In this document: positions 13,303 through 26,612 of the stretch, piece by piece
Layout: each line of letters begins with the position of its first letter
How positions within the stretch are numbered: position 1 is the stretch's first letter
Source of the DNA: Vermamoeba vermiformis
Taxonomy: Eukaryota
DNA: 64,000 nt
Assembly (NCBI GenBank): GCA_045837725.1
Contig: JBEWZL010000084.1
Coordinates: forward strand, 372,001-436,000
Direction of reading: 5' to 3'
The notes under the pieces: generated by a model
Seen by the model: only the letters and a program-made list of their open reading frames with translations
Databases searched by the model: none
What the model was told of the DNA's origin: nothing
Translations under genes and position numbers: made by a program

Positions 13303-14761
13303 ATGGAAGACAACAGCACGTTGTCACACGAGCAATTATCGCTCTCAATTCTTCCAAACGAGTTAATTGTGTTTATTTTAAGCTATATAACTCGAACAAT
13401 TGATAAACAGAGGTAAATCAACCTTTATTTCAAAAGATCGATCTAAAAATTTTTCTTCAAAATTACTTTTATGATTTATATTTATTTTTTAATATTACAG
13501 TACGAGCTTAGTATCCAAAAAATGGTGGGCATCGTCGTGGAATATGACAACAAAATTAGATATTTATTTTGGACAAGCAGTGCTTAACAAAATGGAACTT
13601 GCCGACTTTCAACGAGTCTTACAGCACTGTAATAATGTTACAGCATTGTATTTTACACGTACTACATTTTATTCAGTCCCGATCTCGTGGCCAAAATCAT
13701 TTTTCTCGTTGCCTAAAATTGCCCATCTGACTTGGACAGCGTGGAACAATACACCTTGGTTTACTCATATAGAGAACCTTAAATCATTATCAGCGGGTGA
13801 ACTTCCACAAGGACGTCACAAAGAACTCGAACAGCTTTCAAATTTGACGCATCTCGATCTGTCGATCAATGTTGACGAAAGCAGCGCTATATTGATAGGA
13901 AAATTGACCAATTTATTAAGTCTATCAATTTTGGATCTGTTAACACCTGATCATATATTCGCAACCCTTACCAACCTCACTAAGCTGCAGATTCGATCGC
14001 CAAACTTTAGTATCATTTTGGCGAATATAACAAAATTGAACGATTTAAAATGCCTTGTTATAGACACGCCAATACACCTTGCTAGGATAGACAACATAAT
14101 CAAGCTTACAAGCCTCGAATCAATCAAAATAAGGAAGAAAAAGGAAAGAGCATTGCTGAAATTATTGCAATTATCAGCGTTAACCAAGCTATCGTTCGCT
14201 GGCGCACAAATTAGCGGAGATAGTTGGTCTTTATTAACTCATATGACCAATTTGAAACATTTAGATCTTAAAGGCGCATCTGTGAGCGTTTCAGTGAACG
14301 GCAGCAGATCTCTTGAATTCCTTCAGCAATTACGAAAGCTCGAAATTCCATTTAATCAAAATATCAACGTAATGTTAGAGACAATAATCGACGCTGAAAT
14401 CAAATTGAAGTCCCTCGTTATTCACGGTTGCCAACAAATGACCAGATCCACGTTGAAACTAATCGTTCAGTTAACCAGTCTGCGAAAATTAGAATTAGCC
14501 GACCTTAATGCGTTAGATACATACGATATTTATGAAGTGACAGTACTATCTAATCTCCGAGTATTATCCCTGTCAACGCCATTCTTAAGTTCAGATCAAT
14601 TGTTAGTACGACCATTTTTAGCATTGACCAAATTAAGAAAGCTCTATCTGGGTTGTCGCGTGATCAAAGAAGAAGCGGAATTAATGCAACCATCAACGAT
14701 GATATTTTTAGAGAAATTAAATTGTAAAATCGTGTATGAAAGACCAGTAAATAGAAAATAA
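13303..14761 (+). CDS. F-box/leucine-rich repeat protein
   Basis: Exon 1 carries F-box ILPNELIVFILSYI. Exon 2 has many LxxLxxLxL repeats. Confidence 0.85.
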
Positions 14762-15075
14762 TCTCATTACGCTGAAAAATATTATTATAATGATTGCTAT
14801 TGATTTTTAAACTGCAAGAAGTGCAAGAATAAGAGTTTAAAATTTCATCGGATGCGCTCTCGAGATTATCTACGTACTTATTCAGTGCATGCCCGTTATC
14901 ATTATGTGTTGTATTGTCACCGCGTATATATAGATTCCACGGCTTTTTCCAAGCCAGTTGAGCAGTGTTGCCGCGAAGCTTAAAAATAATTGTTAATCTC
15001 GATTTTATTTTCGACGGAAGACCACAATTCTGTCGTGCACAAAAGCTCTTTACACGACTGCGCTAAAATAGAAAG

Positions 15076-16292
15076 ATGAAAAAATACGTAAATTATGATG
15101 CGATACAGGAGCTGGAGAAACGGTAAGTCTTGATCCCTAAACTAAATTAGTAATTCATTGTAGTTCGCTTGAAGCTCTTATAAAAGAAGGTATTGAATCA
15201 GAAACAGAAAGAGGTACGCAACGGATTTAATTAATTAAACGAATTCAGATCGGATTTGAAAAAATTAATCCCAATTATTTTTTAGAGGACATGCGCGAAA
15301 AATTTTTAAAATTAGATAACTTGAGTCGTTATGTAACGCTCGATTGGCCAGCGATTAAATCTGTGGGAGGAAATTATTACAAATATTTTAATTTTATTCT
15401 GAAGGTACGTACCTAGCGCATTCTATTAATATTGAATTATATATCTAGTCTTAGTACGAGTAATAAATTTATATGAATATTAATCAAATACTTACGGAGT
15501 ATTTTTTAAGTTATTAAACGAAAAACAATACGAAGAGGCTCGTATATTATGCATCTTAGAACTCAAGGGCTTAAACGCATATTTGTATTCGTACAAAAAG
15601 TTCAAAAATATCTGGCCACAGTTTATCGGTACGTAGCGACTTCCAAAAGAATTTTTATTTGATTTGCTTAAAACAGGAAATTGACTTCTTTAAACAGCAA
15701 ACAATAGATGGCGAAAGTTTTGTTACAACAAACACTGGCTAAACGATTTTGTGCCATTTTCAAACCTTATTAAAGACGGAATAGTTACACTCGAGCAATG
15801 CGTCAAATATCCGTTTGCATTCACTGTGTTTGTACGACTGCGAGTGGTTAACACTGGTAAGTCAAATCATTATTATAAGCAATATTATATTTCTTTCATA
15901 GGAATACTTATTTAGGAACATAATATTAACATTAAAATTTCTATAAAAGGTTATTACAAAGCAGTTGTTAACAGCAAAAAACTAACAATAAATCAACGTC
16001 GTGATTTGATAAACTTCTTGGAGATGGAACATATCCCCTTGGAGCACAGTGTCAGTGAAGTTTATGAAATGTGGCTCAGATCTGGTTCAAACATTTACGA
16101 ACAATTGTTACCTCCATCACATAAATATAAGCGTAAGTGATAATTACCCATGAATTTTATTGTCAATTGAAAACTGAAATTTTTTTAGTTCAACCAGAAG
16201 CAGGAGTTGATTTTGTCTATCGGGCAGCCAAATCAAAAAAAACTCAACTTATCAAAGAACTTAAATCATGTCCACGAGTGTTTGAACTGTAA
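15076..16292 (+). CDS. Multi-exon hypothetical protein with weak SPX-like N-terminus and ankyrin-like C-terminus
   Basis: Short exons with GT-AG introns. MKKYVNYDAI..., LDNLSRYVTLDW, ...VYRAAKSKKTQLIKELKSCPRVFEL*. The last three exons were checked in frame. Not in the ORF track. Confidence 0.45.
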
Positions 16293-16588
16293 GCATGAGA
16301 AAGATTATTTTTGGGTTGTGAAAATTGCAGCTAATGTTTTTGCAGGAGTGAGGATGGTGTTTATCCTATTGAATTTATTATGGCATGGACAAAGTCACGT
16401 AAAAGTACGACAAAACAATCATCTAAAATCAATTTATTTGGCTAATTACTATCATTATAGATTGGTTCAATGAATTTGCAAAGTGGCATAGTGACAGTAA
16501 TTGGAAACGAGACAATTTGCATTGGTTGAAACGTCGTTTAAGTTCAATGGTTCTTGATGCCAATTCAGCGTTTTTCTTCTATGTGACA

Positions 16589-18197
16589 ATGGACCATCAT
16601 ACTGAAGGCTCAAAGCTGTTCCACAGTAAGTCTAAAATTGGGACCAAAATGACAAATTTGATCAACAGTGTAATTATATTTTTGACAAAACCCCGAACTC
16701 TTGCTAATAATTGGTTGTTAGGTTTGAAGAAAGGAGCAAATGCATTTAATGAGGGACCACAGCAACAAGCTGATCCAAGTACAAGCTTCCCACTGGCTGC
16801 TCTTCCCATCGACATCATTCATGTCATTTCAAGGCACTTGACGCTCACTTCAGTCATGGCACTCACTCTCACGTGCAAGAGTGTCAATGCACTGATCAAA
16901 ATGAATGAAGAGACCTTCTGGAAGCACTCATTATTGATCACATGTCCTCGCTCAGCATTCAAATTGATAAACTCAAAATGGTCTGAAGTTGCCAAGAAAG
17001 AAGTCAGGTACATCAAGTGATTGCATTTTTGTTTAAATTTTTGCTAATAATGCAATTTAATGCACCCAGGTTGCGTCAAAACTGGATAACAGGAAAGACA
17101 CAGAGCATAGAACCACCAAAAGTTCGAGACTGCCTCATTTTTGATGAAAATTGGGGTCTGTTTCATCTCTGGTCCCAGCCAGGAATTTATCGCACATTAT
17201 TCGATTGCCACACGAAGACATTTGTGCCTGTCCCAGATGTTGGTTTGGAGATCAAGTATTACAATCACATATTCTTGGACTCACAGCCTCATATTACACC
17301 AACAATTGTGTATTATTCTGACAAAGACATTTATCTACAAAAAGGCACAAAACTCACAATACAACATACCTCATTTCAGCTATTCAATGGAATTAGTGTT
17401 GGAAGTAACAAACTTTTCTTCAGTAAGTCTTGTAACCTGCAGGAAACTTTATGTCCCAGTACATTTTGCAATTCATACAAGCCTTTGTGCCAATTGCAAG
17501 TGCACTTGTTGAAATCATCTCTTATTTATTGTGTCAATTTTCTAATTAATTGTATCTAATGTAGACAACATCATTTGGGATGTTGAGAAAGCAACACAAT
17601 TGATGAAGTTCGATATCAATACAACATACACCTTCACCTGCAGCAAACAGTATGATCAGAAAAACAATACGTTGATGCTAGCAAAAGAGGGCAAATTTCA
17701 CGTACTTGATCTCAGAAGTGACCAGCAAGCATGTCATGAATTGGACATTGGTAACTTTGATTTGCTTGATGAGTACACCATTGGATTTTATGCACAAAAT
17801 GCCGTGGGCACTTGTGATCTGCGAATGATGCACAAAGAAATAATTTATTGTGATGTAAGTATATTTATGATTACATGAAAAAAAAAATAGTCTTTTTTTG
17901 CAGATCCAGATCAGCATTTCAATTCTAAAAATCTTTTAAATCATGAGCATTATGTCACACTGATTACTGATTTTTTATCAACTATGACAGCCAATCTATG
18001 AAAATTGTTTGAAAGTGTTGATCTCAGGCAGAGCAAACAAAGCACTGATAAAGCAAAGGAATAGCTTGGCCGTGCAATGGGACTTTAGAGAACGAGCGTG
18101 GGACTGCGTGTTCTATCAACCAGGACATCTGCTCAATATGAATTCTAAGCAGCTCGTCACGTTTCATGACGCAATGCACATCAGTGACTTCAGTTAA
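16589..18197 (+). CDS. F-box protein with WD40-like C-terminus
   Basis: F-box LAALPIDIIHVISRHLTLTSVMALTLTCK, then LRQNW and WD-like IWDVEK / VLDLR / WDFRE. Confidence 0.7.
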
Positions 18198-18395
18198 CGT
18201 ACCAGTAGAATAGTTACTATTAATAAAATAATAAATCTTGCTTGGAAATTTCTTTCGCACCAAACCAAGGATCGAAATTCATTTGGCTTACAGCGTAAAC
18301 GCCTTTAGTTGTTGAGTAACAGGACCGATGTTATTCGAAATGATAGTTTTTCTTTTCGTCAACGAATATTCAACCACTACTCCATTGTAATTAAA

Positions 18396-19348
18396 ATGTC
18401 ACGCCAAGTCGTCAAGACTGATAAGAACGCCCCTGCCGTTGGTCCTTACAGGTACGTGGATCAACTTCGAAGTTGATCGGATTGCAATTTTAATCCCAGG
18501 AAAGATCCTAATAATTTAATTAGCCCTGGTATTAAGGCCTCTGGATCATTTTTGTTCGTTAGTGGATGCGTCGGATTGCAGCCTGTACGTAGATATTTTA
18601 AGCAACTGAAAAATTATCTATCATTGTTAAAAAAAATCAAATAATACAATTGACCTATTCTAATATGCATTTGCTATTATTTAGTTATTATGCAAATGGA
18701 ATTATGATTATATTAATCGCTTAATGGAAGATCTAATTTTATTACTTATTTTTAGAACGGCCAGTTAGTCGCTGGCGGCGTTGTTGAACAAGCCAAGCAG
18801 GTAATATTTCATTATTAGAATTTTTAATATTGTTTTGAGCATTATTTGATCAAAAGACGTCTGCTGAAGTTTCATCCGAACAAGTCGATCTTCATAACCT
18901 CAATAAACATTCATACTTACAAATATTAATACAGGCTTTGGAGAACATGAAGAACGTTCTCGAAGCTGGCGGCTCTTCCTTCTCGAAAGTCGTCAAGGTC
19001 ACCATTTTCTTGCGCGACATGGCAGATTTCGCCGCTGTTAACCAACTCTATGCTAATTGTACGTATTATATTAGCTACCAAAATATTACCCTCGTGCACT
19101 TCGAACCTACACTATTTTATTGGGTGATTTTATTCGAGTACTGGATCCAGATCTGACTACCCGCCTTCTGAATCTGCCCTCCTTTACCATATTTTAACGA
19201 GGTGTATTATAGATCGTAGTCATTAACCTATTTATATGTAGATTTCCCTTCTGAACAACCCGCTCGCTCGACTGTTGCCGTTGCTGGTTTGCCGCTCAAT
19301 GCTCTCTTTGAAATTGAATGCATTGCTCTTACTGACTCCAACTTGTAA
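18396..19348 (+). CDS. ridA: RidA/YjgF/UK114 reactive enamine deaminase
   Basis: Five exons: APAVGPYS, LFVSG, VVKVTIFLRDMADFAAVN, PARSTVAVAGLP, EIECIA. Confidence 0.95.
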
Positions 19349-19530
19349 GAGAATAGGAGCCCGTTAATAAAGAGCTATATTAATTTCTTTGTTATCCCTT
19401 TGGCGTTAAAACCTTTTGAGACTCAGAGCGTTAATCAAAATTATTTTTTTGTATTTTTATCGAACAACACCAAATCTGTCTTCTCTATTAAGACTCTTTA
19501 CTATTATAGTAAATATCGTATTACGTAATA

Positions 19531-21203
19531 ATGCTTCGCGGACTAAGCTCGTTGATTACTGGACGGATCTCTCGGCATTCTAGATCCTCCGCCCAATTGT
19601 TCTCAAAGTCTTCTAAAAGGTAAGAAAAAATCGGAAATATTTTTTATTAACAGTTAGGCATTATATTCGCAAGCAATTAAGTCTGCGGAGTCAGATCTAT
19701 TGTTTATTTTTTATTTTTATACAATGAGCAAACAAACCGCTCAATCCAATTTGTATTAATTTTAAAGTGCGTAATAATATTCCAATTAATTAAAATGATT
19801 TTTTGAACCAGATCATACTCGCGCGATAAAACGCCAGCTCTCGCATTGTACACGCAAACACTTACACCAGGCGACGGTCCCTTTCCTAATAATCTAAGAA
19901 ACATGGTATTTTTACACGGCCTATTCGGTATGATATTGCAGCCTAGAACTACGGCAGATTCGATCTGTTCAGCCCATTAATTTTTCCTTATTAGGCAATG
20001 GTGGAAACTGGCGTACTGTTGCTCAAAACGTTACAAATCAAGTATGTATAGTCTATTCAATATTGATATCGCGATATACTCATTGGTTGAGCTTAGGCCG
20101 TTATCAATACACATCTGGTCGACATCCGCAACCATGGCATGAGTCCGCACAGCGACGTGATGACATTCGATGCGATGGCTGATGATCTGATGAAATTGAT
20201 CGAAGATAAGAACTTGGGTCGTATTACCTTATTAGGACATAGCATGGTAGGCGCCGGTCAAAAATCAACTTTTCTGCTCGAAAATATTTTCCTCTCGCAA
20301 ATTCACTGAATCATTTGCAGATCCATGCACTAACATTACCATCATTTGCGATCTCTTAATATCACTATAGAGTCGTACTGTATTAATTACAAATTCATCA
20401 TGCAAAGTTATTTTTGATCGTAGATTAATCTTTGCAATAATTTTAGGGAGGCAAAATGGCAATGACATTTGCCCAGAAATATCCCGAAGCAGTGCAAAAA
20501 TTAATCGTTGTCGATGTTGCACCAGTTGGGTATAAAAACACAACGACGAACCAAGAAATCATTTACAATTTGCTGGACATTGACCTCGATACACTGAAAT
20601 CACGCAAAGAAGCTGACGAACAGCTAAAGCCTCACGTTCCCGTAAGAAAAATATCTTCGTCATCGTGAAAAATATCTTGATACTTTTGACACGTGTCATT
20701 CGAAAGAATTTTTCACCACAACTGTAATTCTAACCGTTTATCTCTAATATCTTTCATTTTTAACGTTTAACATGACGACCTGAGTTTGACACGTGTCAAT
20801 TGCCGGTAGCGAAAATAGTATCCGACAGTCAATTTTTTCACAGGATATTTTCATTCGTGGATTTTTGCTCCAAAACCTGTTATTCAACAATCAAACGCAA
20901 AAATTCTATTGGCGATTCAATTTGAAAGTACTCAACGAAAAACTCCGCGAAATCATGCAAATGGACACGATGACAGGTGCGCCGTACATGGGAGACACAA
21001 TGTTCGTCGTCGGAGAGCTCTCCGAATACTACAAGCCCGAGTACGAGCCTGAAGTCAAAAAACACTTCCCACGTGCCATAGTCAAGACTATTCCTGGTGC
21101 TGGACATTACTTGCACTTTGAAAAAGCAGCTGAATTCCTCGCAGTGTTAGTGCCATTTGTTACTTCGCGACGATATGGCAAGACTGACGTAGACAACGAA
21201 TAA
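19531..21203 (+). CDS. ABHD11: ABHD11/YbfF-like alpha/beta hydrolase with mitochondrial-type presequence
   Basis: FLHGLFG, DIRNHGMSPHS, GHSM|GGK nucleophile elbow, VVDVAP, GAGHYLH. Arg/Ser-rich N-terminus. Confidence 0.9.
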
Positions 21204-21283
21204 ACGCAATACTATTGTGGTCAGTATGAAACTCGAATAAGTCTTATTTTTTCTGTGCTAAATTTATTAGTTCAAAAATGTGT

Positions 21284-24024
21284 TTATTTCCCGCTCAAAT
21301 AATGCAACAATTGATCATTCAGCACGGCTTTGTCGCAATTTTCGGACAAAAGACTGTTACTTAAGGATATCGGTGAGCAAAATGCCTCGCGTACTGTCAA
21401 ATTATTCCGCCGCATTAGAAACACGATAGATTTGAATGGAGATTTTGTTAATTTTCCGCCCAATTCTTTGTCCGTTGTCAAATGATCGAAATTTTTGTAA
21501 TAATCGTCAAATTTCTTGCAAAAACTGTCAAATTTTTCCGAGATCTGCTCAAACAGTTCAACCCACTCTGGAAACGCCACTTTGAATCGATCAACTTCGT
21601 CTAACTTAATCGCCTTGACGACAGTCATCATCAATCCTTTGACCATATCAGGAAACATCGGATCATATTCGCGCCGAATTAATGTCTGCAAAGCTTCATA
21701 ACCAGGGTTGATCCCTTGCGTCCGATTGAAATTTCCATCTCGAATGACCAATCCGCATCTTTGCAGTAACTTTCGTTCACAGGCAAGTCTGGCGAGGACA
21801 TACCAAAAATGGGAATCTTTTTCCATTGCGTATTTGAACTCATCTTCTTCAGCCAAATTAGGCAATGTCCTCCATCCGTAACCCTACACGACGGTCAATA
21901 TGATATTGCCAAAAAAGGAAATGATCCCGTACCTTAGTCAAATCGGGATCCAGCTCGCACTCTTCGAAAGTTTTGAGATCTCGTACACCAATGAGTACTA
22001 TTTGAGTCTCTTCATATTGTACGATCTGTCGGAGATATTCTTGCGGACCAATCAGCTCGAAGATGTAACTCTTTGTCGTGTCTTCTGGGAACTTGTATTG
22101 TTGCTTGTGCCACTCGCTCCAGAAACATTCCAAGACCTTTTCACGTCTAAAAAAGGCTCGTTAATTAATATCTAGTAATATGTTCGTCAAATTGGGCATC
22201 AATTTATCAATTTTTTATGATAATTAGGCCAAGAATGGTCATTTTCAAAATGTAAAAAAATTGACACTTGAGTTTGACACGTGTCATTCAATTGGACTCA
22301 CCTCAGTTGTGAGAATTGATCATGCGAGTTGAATGCAACAGCGTGCCACTGATCGCCGTACCAATACAGCGTCACTTGAACGCCGTCCAACTTCTCGCAG
22401 ATGTGGATCTTGTAGCCCAACTTCAACGTCTTGCGCAATTCGAGTGCATCTTTTGAGAAGTTATCAAGCGAATAGGACACGACCTCGAAAGTATTCTATA
22501 AAAGGAAATCAGATCCTGATTCATCGACACGTGTCACATCGTGTCAAAAGTGTCATCGTGCAGTACCTTGTTGACAACCAGACTCGGACTAGTTCTGAAC
22601 CACTCGACAAACCACGGCGTTTCTTTTCTTGAAGGCAATAATTGGATCAGTTCTGGATGTCTCTCGTTGCACGGCTCAGGCCAAATTGACAAACATTTGA
22701 CACTTTGATCCAAGCCGATCTGCCGCAGGTATTCTACGAGCCTTTGCACTGGCTGCAAATATGATATTATTAATTATTATGACATTATGCCTTATTTGCT
22801 GTTATTATCGTACTTTGAGAGTAGGACTGGTGAAGGAATAATTTTGAAAGTTGAAACAAAGGTCATCCAATCGCTTCAATATAGCTTCCATTTTAGGCTT
22901 GAACCACGCTTCGACTTCCTCCCACTGCATTGATGCAAATTTTTGTGCCATAATGTCATAATGATAGTGATTGCCGGCCGTATAATCATAAATAAGACCT
23001 CCTTCAACAATTTGAAGGGCGAAAGTCAAGTGCTGCAAGATATAAACCTAAAATTATACCATATTAAGTTATTTCCTTATTAGGCAAGTGATTTTTGAGG
23101 CTTACCAGTCGTTTTTTAGCTCTTCGGTACTCTTTTAATTTGACCCAATATTTCTTAGCGTATTTAGCGTTCTTACTACTATCAATATTCGCTTGATAAT
23201 GCAACATTTGCCATCTTATATTTAGTTTAAATTGCGCCTTTTTTCTTAGAACTTTAGGGTTGCTTTCATCGCCGAGAAATTCAAACGGCAAGACCCAAAT
23301 TATGTGCTGGTCTAACATGTACTGCCAATACTTTTCTTCGTATACGACTACATCGTAATTAATGCCGTCTATTAGTGCCTCTGATATATTCATGTAATGA
23401 ACGTCCTATAATTATAAATCAAACTTTAGCAGATCCGGATCCACTTTCTGTTTCGAAAGTTTTCCTCAAGCAGTATTATTTTTTATATTATCGTTATATA
23501 AACCTTAATAATGGTAATTTAGCGGTTAAATGATACCTGGACTTTGTGCCAGTACGGTGCGTGATCTTCTTTGCCTTTCAATTGTCCGAACTTGTAACCT
23601 CGTACTACAGCTATCATATCACAATCAGAACTCGATTCATTAGTTCCGAATAGTCTGGAGCCCCATTGATACAAGCACAAGAAATCCTCCATCGCATCTG
23701 GTGTCAACTTCGGTTAGAAATTCTTTAATAATTTTCTAAATATTATTTATAATTATATGTTGTACCTCTATTGCACCCTATGATACGAGCTGCGATTTGA
23801 ACAAGTTCCTCTTTGCTAAATAATAAAATGTTAATTTAAAATAAATTTGTAAAGACATTGCGAATATAACATGCTAACACAATTTTGCGAGTATATATTC
23901 GTGTAAATTGGTCCAGTATTAAATTCGAAATGTGGATCTTTCTGGTAAGATCTCAAGAACGTTCTTCAACTACAACTGACCTTGGAAACTTTGTCTCGTG
24001 CTTAGTAGCTTTATTTTGCTCCAT
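21284..24024 (-). CDS. Fusion: Pol-beta superfamily nucleotidyltransferase + Rnl1-like RNA ligase domain
   Basis: Nine exons splice in frame. N-terminal WGSRLFGTNESSSDCD. C-terminal EKLDG (motif I), YIFEL (motif IIIa), IVLIGVRDLKTFEE, and degenerate motif IV/V CGLVIRDGNFNRTQGINPGY. Confidence 0.75.
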
Positions 24025-24124
24025 TTTTATCTTATTAGCGCTCTACCGTTGCATTCTAATTGCTTTTAAATCTAAAGACAAAAAAGCGGCACTTCACCTC
24101 AAGCTAATTTTATGAACTTTATTT

Positions 24125-26403
24125 TCAAACGTCGTGCTCTTCCAATGAATGCAATTCATTTTCCAGGTTTGAAATATCTTCTTTGTCCAAGGCGAATTGC
24201 GGGTACCTCGAAAAATCGATTCTTTTAAACTCGTTGATCTCGCGTTGCACGAACTGTTGCAGCCTATTGCCAGCAGCCAAGTAACTCATTGAAGGCACAT
24301 TATGTACATGCTTCAGACCTCCTTCATAGTCTTGGATTACATTGCCATACTTAAGCGCCTGTTCACTGAAAATTTCCGGGTAAGATGACGACAGAGCCAA
24401 GCCAGATTTTTGAACGGATCTGTCCCAAGGCGTGTTAGAGCGATAATACTAGGTATACCTAACGTACCTTAATCGAGAGGGACATCCGTAAGCGTTCAAA
24501 TGCGTCAATAAAGCCGAATCAACAGAACTGATGTACGAGAGTGAGTTTAACTGCGGCGATGTGCTGAGGTTGGCTGATGAAGGCAACGTGGTGTCAACTG
24601 ATTGGACCCCTCGCAACACGACAGCCTCGGCATTAGGCATAGAAGTAGTCTATTGTCAAGTATTAGATCCCATTACTTACGCGTGATCAGACTTACATTT
24701 ACAGCTGGCAACAAGTGACCAGATAGGAGTTGAGATTTGTACAAGAAAGTGTCGAGCAGTAATTGCGCGACATTGAGCTTCTTATCGGCAGTTAAGTAAC
24801 TGAACGGCAGTGCGTAAGATAGCGAGGCCATTTTGTGGTTGTTTTGACCTCGTGCGAGTGTACCAATTAACGACGCCATAGAATTGGTTCCTTGACTCAG
24901 TCTAGTAAATAACGATTAGAATGTATCACTAACTCTCGTCTAAAAGATGATCACATGTCTAATTAGCCTAATACTTACCTGTACACAGAGGTCAAAGTGT
25001 CAAAAGCGGATGCGATAATAGCACTAGTATGGTACGTGTACTCGAGCTCGGGGTTCTATATGGAAGTTAGCAATCATAATACACTTAGCCTCAACAATAG
25101 TATCGCTTACCATGTTCAATAGTGGGAAGTAAGATCTGTTAACTAGATGCTTTGTTTCGACGGGTACGTAGAGCGATGATAGATCGTGCAACTTTGATTG
25201 TGCCAAGAGGCGATTGATTGTCAGTTGATTTAACTTGTCCTATATAATACAGCGATTGTTAGGTCCATAATAATATTACTGTGTGAAAAAGTGGTGCATG
25301 GATCCAGCGGTACTTACTTGGATGTGGTATGCATTTGTATCATACAGACTGAGCTCCTTCAAGTTGTTATTGATAGCTAGTGTAAATATGGGTTGTTTGT
25401 AGCCCTCTTCGTATCTAAGGTACTCCAAGAACTTGGACGATAACGCGCCCATGACACCTGCTGACAGTTCGACTAACACTTGAAAACCCTGATCCCGAGG
25501 TCAGAACACGCAATAGATTAGTGTAGTAGAACACGGTACCTGAATAGTGTTGCAAGCTTCAGTCATTACTCGGAGTTTATCGGACATTTCTTCGAGCTGT
25601 AAGAACCAGGTTTAGAAATCATCAATGGTTTGATATGCACCTTACCATTAGCGGTCTATATAGATCTGCTATTTCAGTAAACGAGCCCACTAGCCCCTCT
25701 TGATTATCATAATGACTGTCAAGGTAAAAGTCGCTCAGCTCGTGCGTGTTCTTGTCTGGATTCAGATTGGAGGTAGAAAAGGCGCTCCAAACTTTATATT
25801 TAGGTTCTGCCTTTTGCGGTGTTGCTTTTGTGTTATGGTCGATAGATTGATTGCTAAGTGTGACAGGCTGGCCTCCAATTGAAAAATCTTGTTCGTAGAT
25901 CGCAGTCCGATCAGACCTAAAAACGGAATTAGCGAGCTATGTTATATCGAATCATAAGTAATACCATGTATTGAATGCTAATTGGTTTGTATTTATCGGT
26001 TGTACGGATTTGCGGAGCTCGCCCAGGCCACCTACGCCTCAGTTAATTTTGTGGTGCAATTAGACACGTACCAATACCTTTATAATCAAACAATAGGACT
26101 CTAGGTGCGTAAGAAGTTTTTCCCTAATTTTTGTTAATTAAAAAAATCGGATTCAATTTGGATGGTCATTTAGAGCTTACGTGCGTTTCTGTAGCTTTAC
26201 CCAAGGCATCATAATTAATTTCATTCACTTTCTGGAACTTGTCTTGCTTGATTTGCTCGTCCTAATAAGGTGGATTCAGACTCAGTGACTTTCAACAAAA
26301 AGTCAACTATGACGTGGTCTGACTGACAACTCACCTGAAGATTCCAATAGTGCGTGCCTACGAAGTTAGCGTAGGGACCGAATTGCAAGGTTATTAGCTC
26401 CAT
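24125..26403 (-). CDS. MSTO1: Misato/DML1 tubulin-FtsZ-like protein
   Basis: Starts MELITLQFGPYANFVGTHYWNLQ, followed by PRVLLFDYK. Many exons. Confidence 0.85.
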
Positions 26404-26612
26404 CGTATTAAAGTTCTTTGGTGGTAGCCAATTCACACTCGTAAATATTTGGGATGACAAACTTTTCAAGAAAGATCGGGTTGGGACAGAAAACGGAGAA
26501 TCTATTGCAATGCGGCAAGTAATAAAGACTCGAAGTTTGGTTAATAAAACAAGATCGTTATCTCTTTTATTTGCTTAGTTAAAAGCAACGGACAAGATCA
26601 AGGGTAAAAAGC

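Noticed and set aside
17904-18065. Apparent in-frame stops suggesting the F-box gene is a pseudogene
   Set aside because: An intron at ~17855-17990 restores an open frame.
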